Source: Sphingomonadales bacterium (lineage in GTDB: Bacteria; Bacteroidota; Bacteroidia; UBA7662). Taken from it: a stretch of 64,000 nucleotides of DNA. The notes below the pieces were generated by a model. The model was not told where the DNA came from and searched no databases. It worked only from the letters and a program-made list of their open reading frames with translations. Within the stretch, counting starts at the first letter, position 1. Each line of letters starts with the position of its first letter. Below, one piece after another: positions 18,795-28,164 of the stretch. Location of the stretch: the NCBI GenBank assembly GCA_016872215.1, contig VHAX01000006.1, positions 5,115-69,114 on the forward strand. Direction: 5' to 3'. The position numbers and the translations under genes are program-made.

Positions 18795-18881
18795 GAACAA
18801 TCGTTAGCAAAAGTAGTGAAATCAAAGCTCCCGTGTGTAGATAGAACGCAGAAATATTATTTTTTTATGAACGATCGTTAG
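18795..18881. promoter_or_regulatory. Two copies of a GAAC(A/G)ATCGTTAG palindromic motif in the tetR/ydeI divergent intergenic region (putative TetR operator sites)
   Basis: GAACAATCGTTAG at ~18795-18807 and GAACGATCGTTAG at ~18869-18881. The second has a perfect AACGATCGTT palindrome core. Both lie within ~100 bp of the two divergent start codons. Confidence 0.4.
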
Positions 18882-18910
18882 TTTCATCGTCATTTTCTGT
18901 ATTTTTAGGC

Positions 18911-19534
18911 GTGACCCGCAACGCTGATGATTTTTTTTCGATTGGATGTGGCCGCTGTGCACTCGGTGGCACACCCGATTGTAAGGTCCACCGATGGTCG
19001 GCGATGTTGCAGCAGTTGCGGACGATGGCTCTACAAGCCGGACTCACTGAACAGTGCAAGTGGGGAAGCCCCTGCTTTTCATTCGCCGAAAGAAATGTGG
19101 CGCTCTTGTTCGTTTTTAAGGAGAGCTGTGGCCTGTCGTTTTTCAGGGGCGATGAGCTTTCCGATCCCATGAATCGACTGGAAGCGGCGGGTCCCAATAC
19201 ACGTTCGGGTCGTTTGTTTCGGGCCACAGAGCAGCAACAGATTATTCAGCATGAGAACGACATACGGCACTGGCTGGCCGAGGCCATCGTTTTGGAGGAG
19301 CAAGGGAGGCTGGTCCATCGTGCGCCGACAGATGCAGATTTGCCCGAAGTCCCGGGCTGGTATGAGTATCTTAAAAGTCGGCCCGAACTAGCAATGGCAT
19401 TTGAGGCACTCACGCACGGGAGGAAGCGAGGTTATTTACTTCATTTTTCTTCAGCCAAGCAGGAGTCGACCCGGATCAAGCGCATAGAAAAATGGACACC
19501 CCAAATTCTTGCCTTTAAAGGCATCCACGATTGA
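18911..19534 (+). CDS. YdeI/OmpD-associated family protein (DUF1801/DUF1905-like)
   Basis: KWGSPCFSF...NVALLFVFKESCGLSFFRGDEL matches the YdeI-family core. Confidence 0.55.
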   Translation: MTRNADDFFSIGCGRCALGGTPDCKVHRWSAMLQQLRTMALQAGLTEQCKWGSPCFSFAERNVALLFVFKESCGLSFFRGDELSDPMNRLEAAGPNTRSGRLFRATEQQQIIQHENDIRHWLAEAIVLEEQGRLVHRAPTDADLPEVPGWYEYLKSRPELAMAFEALTHGRKRGYLLHFSSAKQESTRIKRIEKWTPQILAFKGIHD

Positions 19535-19610
19535 CGGGCAAAGATTGGATTTCGGGCCATACTATTGCAGTTGAATGGGCGTTGCCCATAGCCTCTAAAC
19601 ACGGTGTAAT

Positions 19611-21059
19611 ATGCTCGTTCATCAAAAAATGAAATTTTTTCGACTTTTTTCTGTCTGGTATCACCCCAACTACACCGGCTTTTTTCTGGCCGGTCTACTT
19701 GTATCAAGTGTTTTTTTGGGAATCGGGGGATGTAGACCCGAACGATTTGTGGCCAACGCGGGCTTAGAGCTGCGGTGCGAAACGGACACTGTTTTGTTCG
19801 ACACTCTACTCGTTCAGGCCGGTAGCATCACCAAGCGGTTTAAGGTCTACAACGACGAGGGCCGCAACATCCTGATCGATGAAGTGTACCTGGCGGGACG
19901 AAAATTATCGGGCACATCAGCCTACAGGATCAACATCAATGGTAGTCCCGTCAACGCCCTCACCGAGGTTGAATTGAGGGCGCGCGACAGCATATACATA
20001 TTCGTGGAGGTCACCATCGACCCCAACCAGCAAAACACCCCCTTTCTTGTAACCGATTCCGTGGTGCTCCGATCGGGCAACCGCACCAAGGCCGTGCAAT
20101 TGGTGGCATACGGACAAAACGCCGTGTTTTTCAATGATTCGGTGTTGGATTGTAATTTGGTGTGGGACAATACCCTGCCGATTGTGGTCTACAATTCGGT
20201 ACTGGTCGACAGTGGATGCACCCTCACCATACGCGAAGGCACACGCGTCTATTTCAACAAAAACTCATCACTATTCGTGTTGGGCACCTTGCGCGTGGAA
20301 GGAACACCCGCGAATCCGGTTCGCATGAGGGGCGACCGCCTCGATCCATTATACCGCGACCTGGCCGGGGGCTGGAACGGCATTCACCTGCTCAGGGGGA
20401 GCATCGGCCACCGAATCGAAAACCTCGACTTGCGCAACGGAACCATCGGAATACGGGTCGACTCGCTACCGGCTGATGCTGACTCGCTGAACCTCATCAT
20501 CAACAAAATGCGCATACACAATTGCGCGGTTGTAGGTCTTTTGGGCTATACAGCACGCATCGATGCCTACAATATGTTGATCAGCAACTGCGGTTTGTAT
20601 AATTTTTTGGGCGATTATGGAGGCACCTATCGCTTCCGCCATTGCACATTTGTACATCTGAATTCTGGTTTTCAACGCGGATACCCCGTTTTCGGATTGT
20701 CGAATCGCGACTACAACAATTCTCCCAGTCCCACGCGCCTCGAGTTGGAAAACAGCCTAGTTTGGGGTGGCCGTTCAAACGAATTGGTGCTCGATAGCTC
20801 GGGAAATGGATCCATCAATACTTATTTAAGTCACTGCATCATACAGTCGGAGATCCAACGACCGGGGGTTCAATTGGGATACAGTAACCCCAAATTCAAG
20901 AATCCGTCGGATAACGACTTTAGCATCGACACCTTATCGCCCGCTTTTCAGCGTGGTGTCGACCTTCGCGGTTTACATGGGGGACGGCTTATGACGGATC
21001 TCATCGACCGTCCAAGGGCACAAAGCCCTACCCTTGGCGCTTTAGAGCGAATCGAATAA
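19611..21059 (+). CDS. Hypothetical lipoprotein, probable right-handed parallel beta-helix fold
   Basis: Lipobox-like LGIGGC after a hydrophobic leader. N/G/S-rich periodic repeats (NxxGxxI type) through the body suggest a pectin-lyase-like beta helix. No family was recognised confidently. Confidence 0.4.
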   Translation: MLVHQKMKFFRLFSVWYHPNYTGFFLAGLLVSSVFLGIGGCRPERFVANAGLELRCETDTVLFDTLLVQAGSITKRFKVYNDEGRNILIDEVYLAGRKLSGTSAYRININGSPVNALTEVELRARDSIYIFVEVTIDPNQQNTPFLVTDSVVLRSGNRTKAVQLVAYGQNAVFFNDSVLDCNLVWDNTLPIVVYNSVLVDSGCTLTIREGTRVYFNKNSSLFVLGTLRVEGTPANPVRMRGDRLDPLYRDLAGGWNGIHLLRGSIGHRIENLDLRNGTIGIRVDSLPADADSLNLIINKMRIHNCAVVGLLGYTARIDAYNMLISNCGLYNFLGDYGGTYRFRHCTFVHLNSGFQRGYPVFGLSNRDYNNSPSPTRLELENSLVWGGRSNELVLDSSGNGSINTYLSHCIIQSEIQRPGVQLGYSNPKFKNPSDNDFSIDTLSPAFQRGVDLRGLHGGRLMTDLIDRPRAQSPTLGALERIE

Positions 21060-21140
21060 TTAAAGTGTGCCGTTGCAATATTTATTACCCCCGAATCAGA
21101 GCGAGGAAATAAGAGACTACTATCGGTTCCAGGTTCTTTC

Positions 21141-21175
21141 TTGCGCCAACCTCCGCCGAATTTTCCGTAAATTTG
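21141..21175 (+). promoter_or_regulatory. Candidate Bacteroidota sigma-A promoter (TTG ... TAAATTTG) for the usp gene
   Basis: TTG at 21141-21143 and a TAnnTTTG -7 element at 21168-21175, ~27 bp before the ATG at 21202. Spacing is slightly long. Confidence 0.3.
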
Positions 21176-21201
21176 CACTTCTTTAAAAAAACTGAAACGC
21201 G

Positions 21202-22065
21202 ATGAACCACGTCGACGAACATTTGATTTTAGTGCCCTTTCAATTCTCCGCTCCTTCGGAATGTGCCCTACAACACGCTGTGGCGGTGGCCAAAGCCGCT
21301 CAGGATCGTATTCTCTTGCTTCATGTGGTGAACAGTGAAACGAAAGATATGATGAAGCGCGAGCAGTTGACGCTGAAAAATTTGTACGACAAGCTGCGCC
21401 GGCTGGCCGATTCCATCAGCAGCCAACATGGAGTGTCTGCAGATTTTGAGATGGAGGAGGGTAGCATTTTTACAACTATACCCGAGTTTGCAGAAAAATC
21501 CAGGGCCAGGCTCATCATCATGGGCACACATGGAATTCATGGCCTGCAACACATCATCGGACCCAATGCCTTAAAAGTATCGGAATTGAGCAGTGTTCCC
21601 GATATCATCGTTCAGCAGCGTCCCATGAGACCCAGGGGCTACAAAACAATAGTGGTGCCCATCGACTCCACCCGCGAAAGCAAGCAAAAAATCAGTCAGA
21701 CCGCCGCCATGGCCTCCTTGTTTCAGGGAGAAGCACACCTCTTTGCCGCCACCGAATCCGACGAGTTTTTGTCGGCCTCTGTTCAAAGAAATATTCAGTT
21801 TGCTAAAAAAATGCTCGACAATCACGGTATTAAAACCACCTTGGTATATGAGCAGGCGGCCGGCAAGGCGTACGACAAGCAGATTCTGGAGTATGCGGCG
21901 AGGGTTGACGCTGATCTGATTGTGATCATGACCGACGATGACCGCGGCTTGCTCGACCGGTTCACTGGCAGCGAGGAAGAACACATTGTTTACAACTCCG
22001 ATCAGATTCCGGTGCTCTGCATTGAACCCAGAGACGCCCAGTACGGCAGCGTATTTACGATGTAA
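21202..22065 (+). CDS. Universal stress protein, tandem UspA domains
   Basis: Two Usp-like halves, each ending in a G-x2-G-x9-G(S/T)-like ATP-binding region (MGTHGIHGL...). Confidence 0.75.
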   Translation: MNHVDEHLILVPFQFSAPSECALQHAVAVAKAAQDRILLLHVVNSETKDMMKREQLTLKNLYDKLRRLADSISSQHGVSADFEMEEGSIFTTIPEFAEKSRARLIIMGTHGIHGLQHIIGPNALKVSELSSVPDIIVQQRPMRPRGYKTIVVPIDSTRESKQKISQTAAMASLFQGEAHLFAATESDEFLSASVQRNIQFAKKMLDNHGIKTTLVYEQAAGKAYDKQILEYAARVDADLIVIMTDDDRGLLDRFTGSEEEHIVYNSDQIPVLCIEPRDAQYGSVFTM

Positions 22066-22119
22066 TTGAGCCCCAATTGTGCTTAAAACTCTACCCATCC
22101 GGTATACACAGAGCGGAAT

Positions 22120-22590
22120 ATGATTCACGAAAACGGACAAATCATAGCGGTCGATTTCGACGGTACGATTGTCGAGCACGCCTACCCCTCCATTGGTGAA
22201 GAGATGCTGTTTGCGTTTGAAACGCTGAAACGATTGCAGTCAAAAGGCCACAAACTGATTCTTTGGACCATAAGAGAAGGGAAAGCCCTTGAAGAGGCCG
22301 TCGAATTTTGTCGCTCCAACGGCATAGAGTTCTACGCGGTCAACAAGAACTACCCGGATGAAGTATTCGAGGCTGAGGTCACCTCGAGGAAAGTCAACGC
22401 CGACCTGTTTATCGACGATCGGAATGTGGGCGGATTTAGGGGATGGGGTGAGATTTACATGATGCTGCACCCCGACGATAGGGAATATCGCCACCAGCTG
22501 ATCGATCGTGAGGCCCACTACAATCAAAAAGGAAAAAAACGCACCACGGGCAGCGGTGGCGGCATTTTTTCGCGCTGGAGGAAAGGGTGA
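22120..22590 (+). CDS. HAD-superfamily hydrolase-like small protein
   Basis: DxDGT motif (IIAVDFDGTIV) at the N-terminus and a small Rossmann-like fold. The specific subfamily was not recognised. Confidence 0.4.
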   Translation: MIHENGQIIAVDFDGTIVEHAYPSIGEEMLFAFETLKRLQSKGHKLILWTIREGKALEEAVEFCRSNGIEFYAVNKNYPDEVFEAEVTSRKVNADLFIDDRNVGGFRGWGEIYMMLHPDDREYRHQLIDREAHYNQKGKKRTTGSGGGIFSRWRKG

Positions 22591-23387
22591 TCATCTGTAA
22601 GTCACCCGAAGAAATTGCCTTGATGCGCGAAGTGGCCCAGGTGGTGAGCCGAACGCTGGGTATGCTGGCTCGTGAAATTCGGGTGGGAGCCATCCCACTG
22701 AACCTGGATCGCATGGCGGAAGAGTTCATACGCACCGAAGGCGCCGAGCCCGCCTTTAAGGGAATGTATGGTTTCCCGAACACCCTCTGCATGTCGCGCA
22801 ATGCCCAGGTGGTGCACGGCGTACCCGATCAACAACCCTTGCGCGAGGGCGATATACTGAGTGTTGATTGCGGGGCCAGACTGCATGGCTTTTATGGCGA
22901 CCATGCCTACACCTTTGCGGTGGGTGAAGTGGCAACACCAGTAGCACGCCTGCTAAGTGTTACGCGCGAATGCCTCTATAAGGGAATCGAACAAATGGTG
23001 GCGGGAAACCGGGTTGGGGATATTTCTTTCGCCATACAAGAGCATGCCGAGCGCCATGGTTATGGTGTGGTGCGTGAGCTGGTCGGGCATGGATTGGGGA
23101 AAAGCCTGCACGAAAAGCCGGAGGTACCCAACTACGGCCGCAAAGGCAGTGGCCCCATTCTGAAAGAAGGTCTGGTGCTCGCCATCGAACCCATGATCAA
23201 TATGGGACGTCGACAAGTGCGAACGCTGGCCGACCAATGGACGGTTGTGACGGCCGACGGACTACCCTCTGCACACTTTGAGCACGATGTGGCAATCGTA
23301 GAAGGCAAACCCGAAATCCTTTCTACTTTTGCCTATATAGAAGAAGCGTTGGGAATTAATTCAGATACGAATGGGACGAGCGTTTGA
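22587..23387 (+). CDS. map: Type I methionine aminopeptidase
   Basis: 266-aa pita-bread fold with conserved metal ligands (D..D..H..E..E), starting IKSPEEIALMREV. Confidence 0.9.
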   Translation: MIICKSPEEIALMREVAQVVSRTLGMLAREIRVGAIPLNLDRMAEEFIRTEGAEPAFKGMYGFPNTLCMSRNAQVVHGVPDQQPLREGDILSVDCGARLHGFYGDHAYTFAVGEVATPVARLLSVTRECLYKGIEQMVAGNRVGDISFAIQEHAERHGYGVVRELVGHGLGKSLHEKPEVPNYGRKGSGPILKEGLVLAIEPMINMGRRQVRTLADQWTVVTADGLPSAHFEHDVAIVEGKPEILSTFAYIEEALGINSDTNGTSV

Positions 23388-24078
23388 ATACCGCAAGGCC
23401 AGAAAGATGGCCCGATGGGGTAAGATGTCGCGCATTTTTCCGCGCATCAGCAAGGAAATCACCATGGCCACCAAAGCCGGTGGCCCAGACCAGGAAAATA
23501 ACTCGCGCCTGCGGGTGGCCATCCAAAATGCGAAGGGGGCGCTGATGCCCAAAGACCGCGTGGAAGCGGCCATCAAGCGCGCAACCAACAAGGATGAAAA
23601 GGATTATGAGGAGGTGGTTTATGAGGGCTACGGACCACACGGGGTGGCGATCGTGGTGGAGACGGCCACCGACAATCCAACCCGCACCGTTGCGAATGTC
23701 CGCCACTTATTCAGCAAATACGGGGGCTCTATGGGCACCACAGGCTCGCTGTCGTTTCTGTTTGAACGCAAGGGAATTTTCCGAATCAAGGCCGAAAATC
23801 TATCGATGGAAGATTTGGAGCTTGAGTTGATCGATTATGGGGCCGAAGACATCCGAACAGAGGACGATGAAGTTGTGGTGGTGGCGGCCTTTGCTGATTT
23901 CGGACAAATGCAAAAGGCGCTTGAGACGCATGGATTACCGGTCATTAGCTCCGAATTGCAGCGCATCCCCCTAAGCTTCACTGAACTGACTGAGGCACAG
24001 GAGGAAGAGGCCATGAAGCTGATCGAATTTCTGGAAGAGGACGATGATGTGCAGAATGTGTTCCACAACCTCGCTTAG
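23371..24078 (+). CDS. yebC: YebC/PmpR family DNA-binding transcriptional regulator
   Basis: Conserved N-terminus MGRAFEYRKARKMARWGKMSRIFPRISKEI and the length fit the family. Its start overlaps the 3' end of map by 17 bp. Confidence 0.85.
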   Translation: MGRAFEYRKARKMARWGKMSRIFPRISKEITMATKAGGPDQENNSRLRVAIQNAKGALMPKDRVEAAIKRATNKDEKDYEEVVYEGYGPHGVAIVVETATDNPTRTVANVRHLFSKYGGSMGTTGSLSFLFERKGIFRIKAENLSMEDLELELIDYGAEDIRTEDDEVVVVAAFADFGQMQKALETHGLPVISSELQRIPLSFTELTEAQEEEAMKLIEFLEEDDDVQNVFHNLA

Positions 24079-24205
24079 GGTTGATCGTCCTGGTTCAATC
24101 TTATTATTAGCTTAGTGTCTTCTTATTAGCCTATTTTTTTCGCTTCCAATTCTTTTGTCAAAACCGAAAGGTTCTTTAGATTATAACCGAAAGGCATTGG
24201 CCTGT

Positions 24206-26323
24206 CTACCAAAGGGTAATCCTGCCCGATGCTGGTATATCCATCCGTAGGCTGGTGCCGGGGCATCCCCAGGCCTCCTGAAATTCCTTCAAGTTCGATA
24301 AAGGCCCTAGCACACGATACTCACCAGGTGAGTGGCTGTCGGTGATCAGGCGCTTCCTCAACTCCTTCTCTGATATGTTCTGCGCCCAAACCTGGGCCCA
24401 TCCCACGAAAAACCGCTGTTGCCAGCTCCTTCCATCGAGGTAGGTAGCTTGCCCGCCGTATGCTTTGTTGTAGGCGTGGAAGGCCATAGTCAAGCCCGCT
24501 AAATCGGCTATGTTCTCCCCCAGCGTGAGCTTGCCGTCGATACGCTGATCGGGCAGCGGCTGGAACGCCTCAAACTGTTGCGTAATCATCGCTGTAATGG
24601 AGTCGAACCGCCGCCGGTCATCATCCAGCCACCAATTGCTCAGATTGCCCTTGCCGTCGAATTTGCTGCCCTTATCGTCGAATCCGTGCGAGAATTCATG
24701 GCCGATTACGGCACCGATGCCTCCATAGTTCACCGCATCTTCTGCCTGGGCGTTGAAGAAGGGTGACTGTAGGATACCTGCCGGAAACACGATTTCATTC
24801 AGGCTCGGTGAATAATAGGCGTTGACCGTTTGGGGGGTCATGCCCCATTCGTTGCGGTCAACAGGTTTACCAATGCGGGCGAGCATGATTTCCATGCTTC
24901 TTCGGCGAACCTGTAGCACGTTTTCGTAGAGCCGATCGCGACGAATATCGAGCATGCTGTAGTCCTTCCACTGATCGGGATAACCAATTTTATAGCGAAA
25001 TGCCTCGAGCTTCTTCAGGGCCTCCTGTTGGGTGGCCACACTCATCCAGCTAAGCTTTTGGATGCGCTCACGAAAAGCATCGCGAAGGTTTTCGACCATT
25101 TCCTCAACGCGGGCTCTCGATTCGGGTAAGAAATGCTCACGCACAAATAGCTGTCCGACGGTTTCACCCATGTTGCCGTTGGTGAGGTCGATGGCCCGTT
25201 CCCAGCGGGGCTTCATTTGTTTGGTTCCGCTGAGTGTGGTTTGATAAAAATCAAATCGTGCCTGTTCAGCCTCCGTGCCGAGGAGTCCTGCACTTCCGTT
25301 CAATACATTCCATTTCAGATATAGGCGAAGGTCGGCGTCGGATAGTATCGATAGCAATGTATTAAGGCTTTTGAGGTAGGCGGGTTGCCCCACGATGAGC
25401 GAGTCGAACGCTGGCGTTGCGAAACCGGAGAAGAATGCATCCCAAGCGAGGAAACCGAATTGATCGGGCCGCTTGAAGTCGGTGTATGCGTATTTGTTGT
25501 AGGTTTTTTCGGGATCACGCCGGTCAACCCGGGTCATGCTGGCCTCGGCCAGCTGCCTTTCCAAGGCAAAGATGCGTGCACCGGCTTGTTGTTCGGCGCG
25601 GTCGCCACTGAGGGTGAAGAGGTGGTCGACATAGGCCCGGAATGCGACTTGAATGGATAAAGAGTTCGAGTCGGTCTTAAGGTAGTAGTCACGATCTGGT
25701 AGAGAAAGGCCACCTTGTCCTAAATTCACGATGTTCTCGTCGCTTTTTTTGGCATCTGAACCTACATAAAAGCCAAAGAAAGGGGCAAAGCCCTCCCAAC
25801 GCATCTCGGCGAGCAGATTCATGAGGCTTCCACGATCGGTCCATGTGTCGATGGCCTTGAGGCGTCCGTGAATGGGTTCGAATCCTCTTTTGTTCAGCAC
25901 CGCTTCATCCAATGCCGAACGGTAGAAGTCGGATACCAGTTGATCCGGGCTTCCTTTCGGGTATTCAATGCCGCTGTTGGTACGCTGCTCCAGGATTACC
26001 CGGATTTTCTCGTCGTTGTCTTTCCCCAATTTGTTGAAGGTTCCCCAGCGACTCTCCGTGGATGGGAGTGGATTGGCTTTCATCCAACCGCCCGTTGCAA
26101 AGCGATAAAAATTATCGCACGGCACCACATCCACATCAAAATTCTTTGGATCGATTCCGGATAGGGTTCCGATGTTGAAACGGTTGATTCTTGCTGGCTC
26201 CACCACCATTTTGGCAGGCTCTGGCGCTGGTTTTTTGGAATTCTTTTGAGCCTCTACTGGGTTGAGGGTGCAGGAAAATAAGATTGATAGACTGAAAGCC
26301 GTCAGTTCGTTCATTCGGTTCAT
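24206..26323 (-). CDS. M13-family zinc metallo-endopeptidase (neprilysin/PepO-like)
   Basis: Signal peptide, HEFSH zinc motif (VIGHEFSHGFDD) and downstream GENIADLAG and CxxW motifs. Confidence 0.85.
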   Translation of the reverse strand: MNRMNELTAFSLSILFSCTLNPVEAQKNSKKPAPEPAKMVVEPARINRFNIGTLSGIDPKNFDVDVVPCDNFYRFATGGWMKANPLPSTESRWGTFNKLGKDNDEKIRVILEQRTNSGIEYPKGSPDQLVSDFYRSALDEAVLNKRGFEPIHGRLKAIDTWTDRGSLMNLLAEMRWEGFAPFFGFYVGSDAKKSDENIVNLGQGGLSLPDRDYYLKTDSNSLSIQVAFRAYVDHLFTLSGDRAEQQAGARIFALERQLAEASMTRVDRRDPEKTYNKYAYTDFKRPDQFGFLAWDAFFSGFATPAFDSLIVGQPAYLKSLNTLLSILSDADLRLYLKWNVLNGSAGLLGTEAEQARFDFYQTTLSGTKQMKPRWERAIDLTNGNMGETVGQLFVREHFLPESRARVEEMVENLRDAFRERIQKLSWMSVATQQEALKKLEAFRYKIGYPDQWKDYSMLDIRRDRLYENVLQVRRRSMEIMLARIGKPVDRNEWGMTPQTVNAYYSPSLNEIVFPAGILQSPFFNAQAEDAVNYGGIGAVIGHEFSHGFDDKGSKFDGKGNLSNWWLDDDRRRFDSITAMITQQFEAFQPLPDQRIDGKLTLGENIADLAGLTMAFHAYNKAYGGQATYLDGRSWQQRFFVGWAQVWAQNISEKELRKRLITDSHSPGEYRVLGPLSNLKEFQEAWGCPGTSLRMDIPASGRITLW

Positions 26324-26488
26324 GGGGTAAGATTAGGTTTCAAAAATAGAGAGAAATCGACGCCACCGAAATGGCATCCATAGGGGACTCTGGGCGCTAC
26401 CATTTTCTAGCGTCAAAAACCTTATTCTTCTCCTGAGCGTGACTGCTAGTCCCGCCAAAGAATCGGTGGCAAAATGACGAAGGTTTTA

Positions 26489-27102
26489 CCGAATGCAGGC
26501 TAGTCTTTCCTGTGCCGACTGATCGTCAGGTGTATTTAATAATACCCGATCAAACAAACGTGCCGCCTCATCAGTCTGGCCCAGAAATAGGCGGGTCCAA
26601 GCGCTCATCAGTATGGAGTAATAATCGAAGGGTGACAGCTCAAGGGAGATATCCAAAAATTTTTTGGCTTGCGCGTAATCCTCGCGGTAGTATTAGATCA
26701 GTCTCAAATGATAGATAGCAGAGCTGTTTTTGGGATCCAGAGCCAAAATTGACAGATATACTTTTTCTGCTACGATCCAATTTTCCTGCGCATTCAGTGG
26801 TAGAAGTTGTCCCCACAAGGGTTCCGTGGCTTTCGGATAGATCCTCTGCACCGCTTTGTAGTAGGCGATCGCCCGCACATATTGTCCGGCATGGTGGGCC
26901 AGCCATCCCAACCTCAGATTCACAGAGTACTCATTGAACTGATTGAGGGTCTGAGTCCATTGGGAATGGTGCTGAATGAGTTGCCCGTACCCGGATTGAA
27001 AATAAAGCCGCTCTCACTAATGGCGATGTTCTTGTTGATTTTTATGCGTTGTTCAGGAGGTTTCTGTGCGCTTGACGGGTTACTTTGAGGCTCTTCAGGC
27101 AC
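26489..27102 (-). pseudogene. Disrupted TPR-repeat protein gene (frameshift near 26925 and in-frame TAA near 26690)
   Basis: A minus-strand reading frame gives TPR-like repeats across an in-frame stop (...AIYHLRLI*YYREDYAQAKKFLDISLELSPFDYYSILM...). The upstream part continues in another frame (…SVNLRLGWLAHHAGQYVRAIAYYKA…). Confidence 0.4.
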
Positions 27103-27190
27103 GGAGGGTTAATGTATGGCAATAATAATGTAGCTGAATCTTTGGCGCATTGCCGCCCGCCCGATATTTTTGTCGACCTAAATACCTACC

Positions 27191-27682
27191 ATGTTGCGCA
27201 TCAGTCTATTGTTTGTCATTTTATCAGCGGCCTTGTTGGCCTGCACGGGTGGTGGAGAGAAATTGAGTATGGAAACAGGGAAAGTGGTTTTATTGGCGTC
27301 GGGACCGCTGTATGAAGGCTCTAATACTGCCACTGTGGAATGGATCCCAGCCCCTGAGGCTGTTTCAGGAAAGAAAATCACCTCGGCGCGTGTATCTAAG
27401 ATTCGGTTGATGGGATCGGGGGAGTATGCTGACTTATTTTCCGACATCACCTTTTCCCTGGCGGCACCCGGCGCGGATATGCGCAGGGTGGGTGTATTGA
27501 ATCCGGTGGCTGTGGGCGATAGCATCTGGGAGCTTCAGGTAGCTGATGAGCAGAAGAACATCGAGGATTTTTTCAAGGGGAAACCCATTACTTTGGTGGC
27601 GGACGTCAACCTCAAGCGTGACTTGGAGGCTGACCTCAATCTGACTGCTGAAGTAGTTTTTGAAACAGAAAATAAAAAATAA
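27191..27682 (+). CDS. Hypothetical lipoprotein
   Basis: Signal peptide with lipobox (LLAC). No recognisable domain. Confidence 0.35.
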   Translation: MLRISLLFVILSAALLACTGGGEKLSMETGKVVLLASGPLYEGSNTATVEWIPAPEAVSGKKITSARVSKIRLMGSGEYADLFSDITFSLAAPGADMRRVGVLNPVAVGDSIWELQVADEQKNIEDFFKGKPITLVADVNLKRDLEADLNLTAEVVFETENKK

Positions 27683-27701
27683 TACAAAAAAAACATCAAA
27701 A

Positions 27702-28163
27702 ATGAAAAAAATCCTGGTGAGTTTCTGGTTTGTGACTTTTCTTTTCAGCGTGGAACATTTGCCAGCGCAATCCACTGAAGGTGATCTGCTTGTGGGCGTA
27801 TGGGAGCCCTCCCATGGCAAAGCTCGGGTGAAGGTTGAAAAAATCGCTGATAAGTACTTCGGTAAGATTGTTTGGTTGCGCGAGCCAAATGACCCTAATA
27901 CTGGTCAGCCGAAAGTCGATCGCAACAACCCCGATGAGTCGATGCGCCAAGCTCCCCTCAAAGGTTATCGTTTGCTCAAGGATTTTACCTATTCGGGAAA
28001 AAAAGAATGGGGAAACGGCACGATCTACGATCCAGAAAACGGAAATACATATTCGTGTGTCATCAAGGCGCGCGATGAAAATACCCTCGACATCCGGGGG
28101 TATGTTGGGGTGAAAACCTTCGGCAGGACTGATGTTTGGCAGCGGGTTACGATAAAGAAATAG
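27702..28163 (+). CDS. DUF2147-domain secreted protein
   Basis: Signal peptide MKKILVSFWFVTFLFSVEHLPAQS, then DUF2147 hallmarks (GVWEPSHGKARVKV, YFGKIVWL, NGTIYDPENGNTYSC). The ORF-track start at 27660 is probably an upstream extension. Confidence 0.6.
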   Translation: MKKILVSFWFVTFLFSVEHLPAQSTEGDLLVGVWEPSHGKARVKVEKIADKYFGKIVWLREPNDPNTGQPKVDRNNPDESMRQAPLKGYRLLKDFTYSGKKEWGNGTIYDPENGNTYSCVIKARDENTLDIRGYVGVKTFGRTDVWQRVTIKK

Positions 28164-28164
28164 T

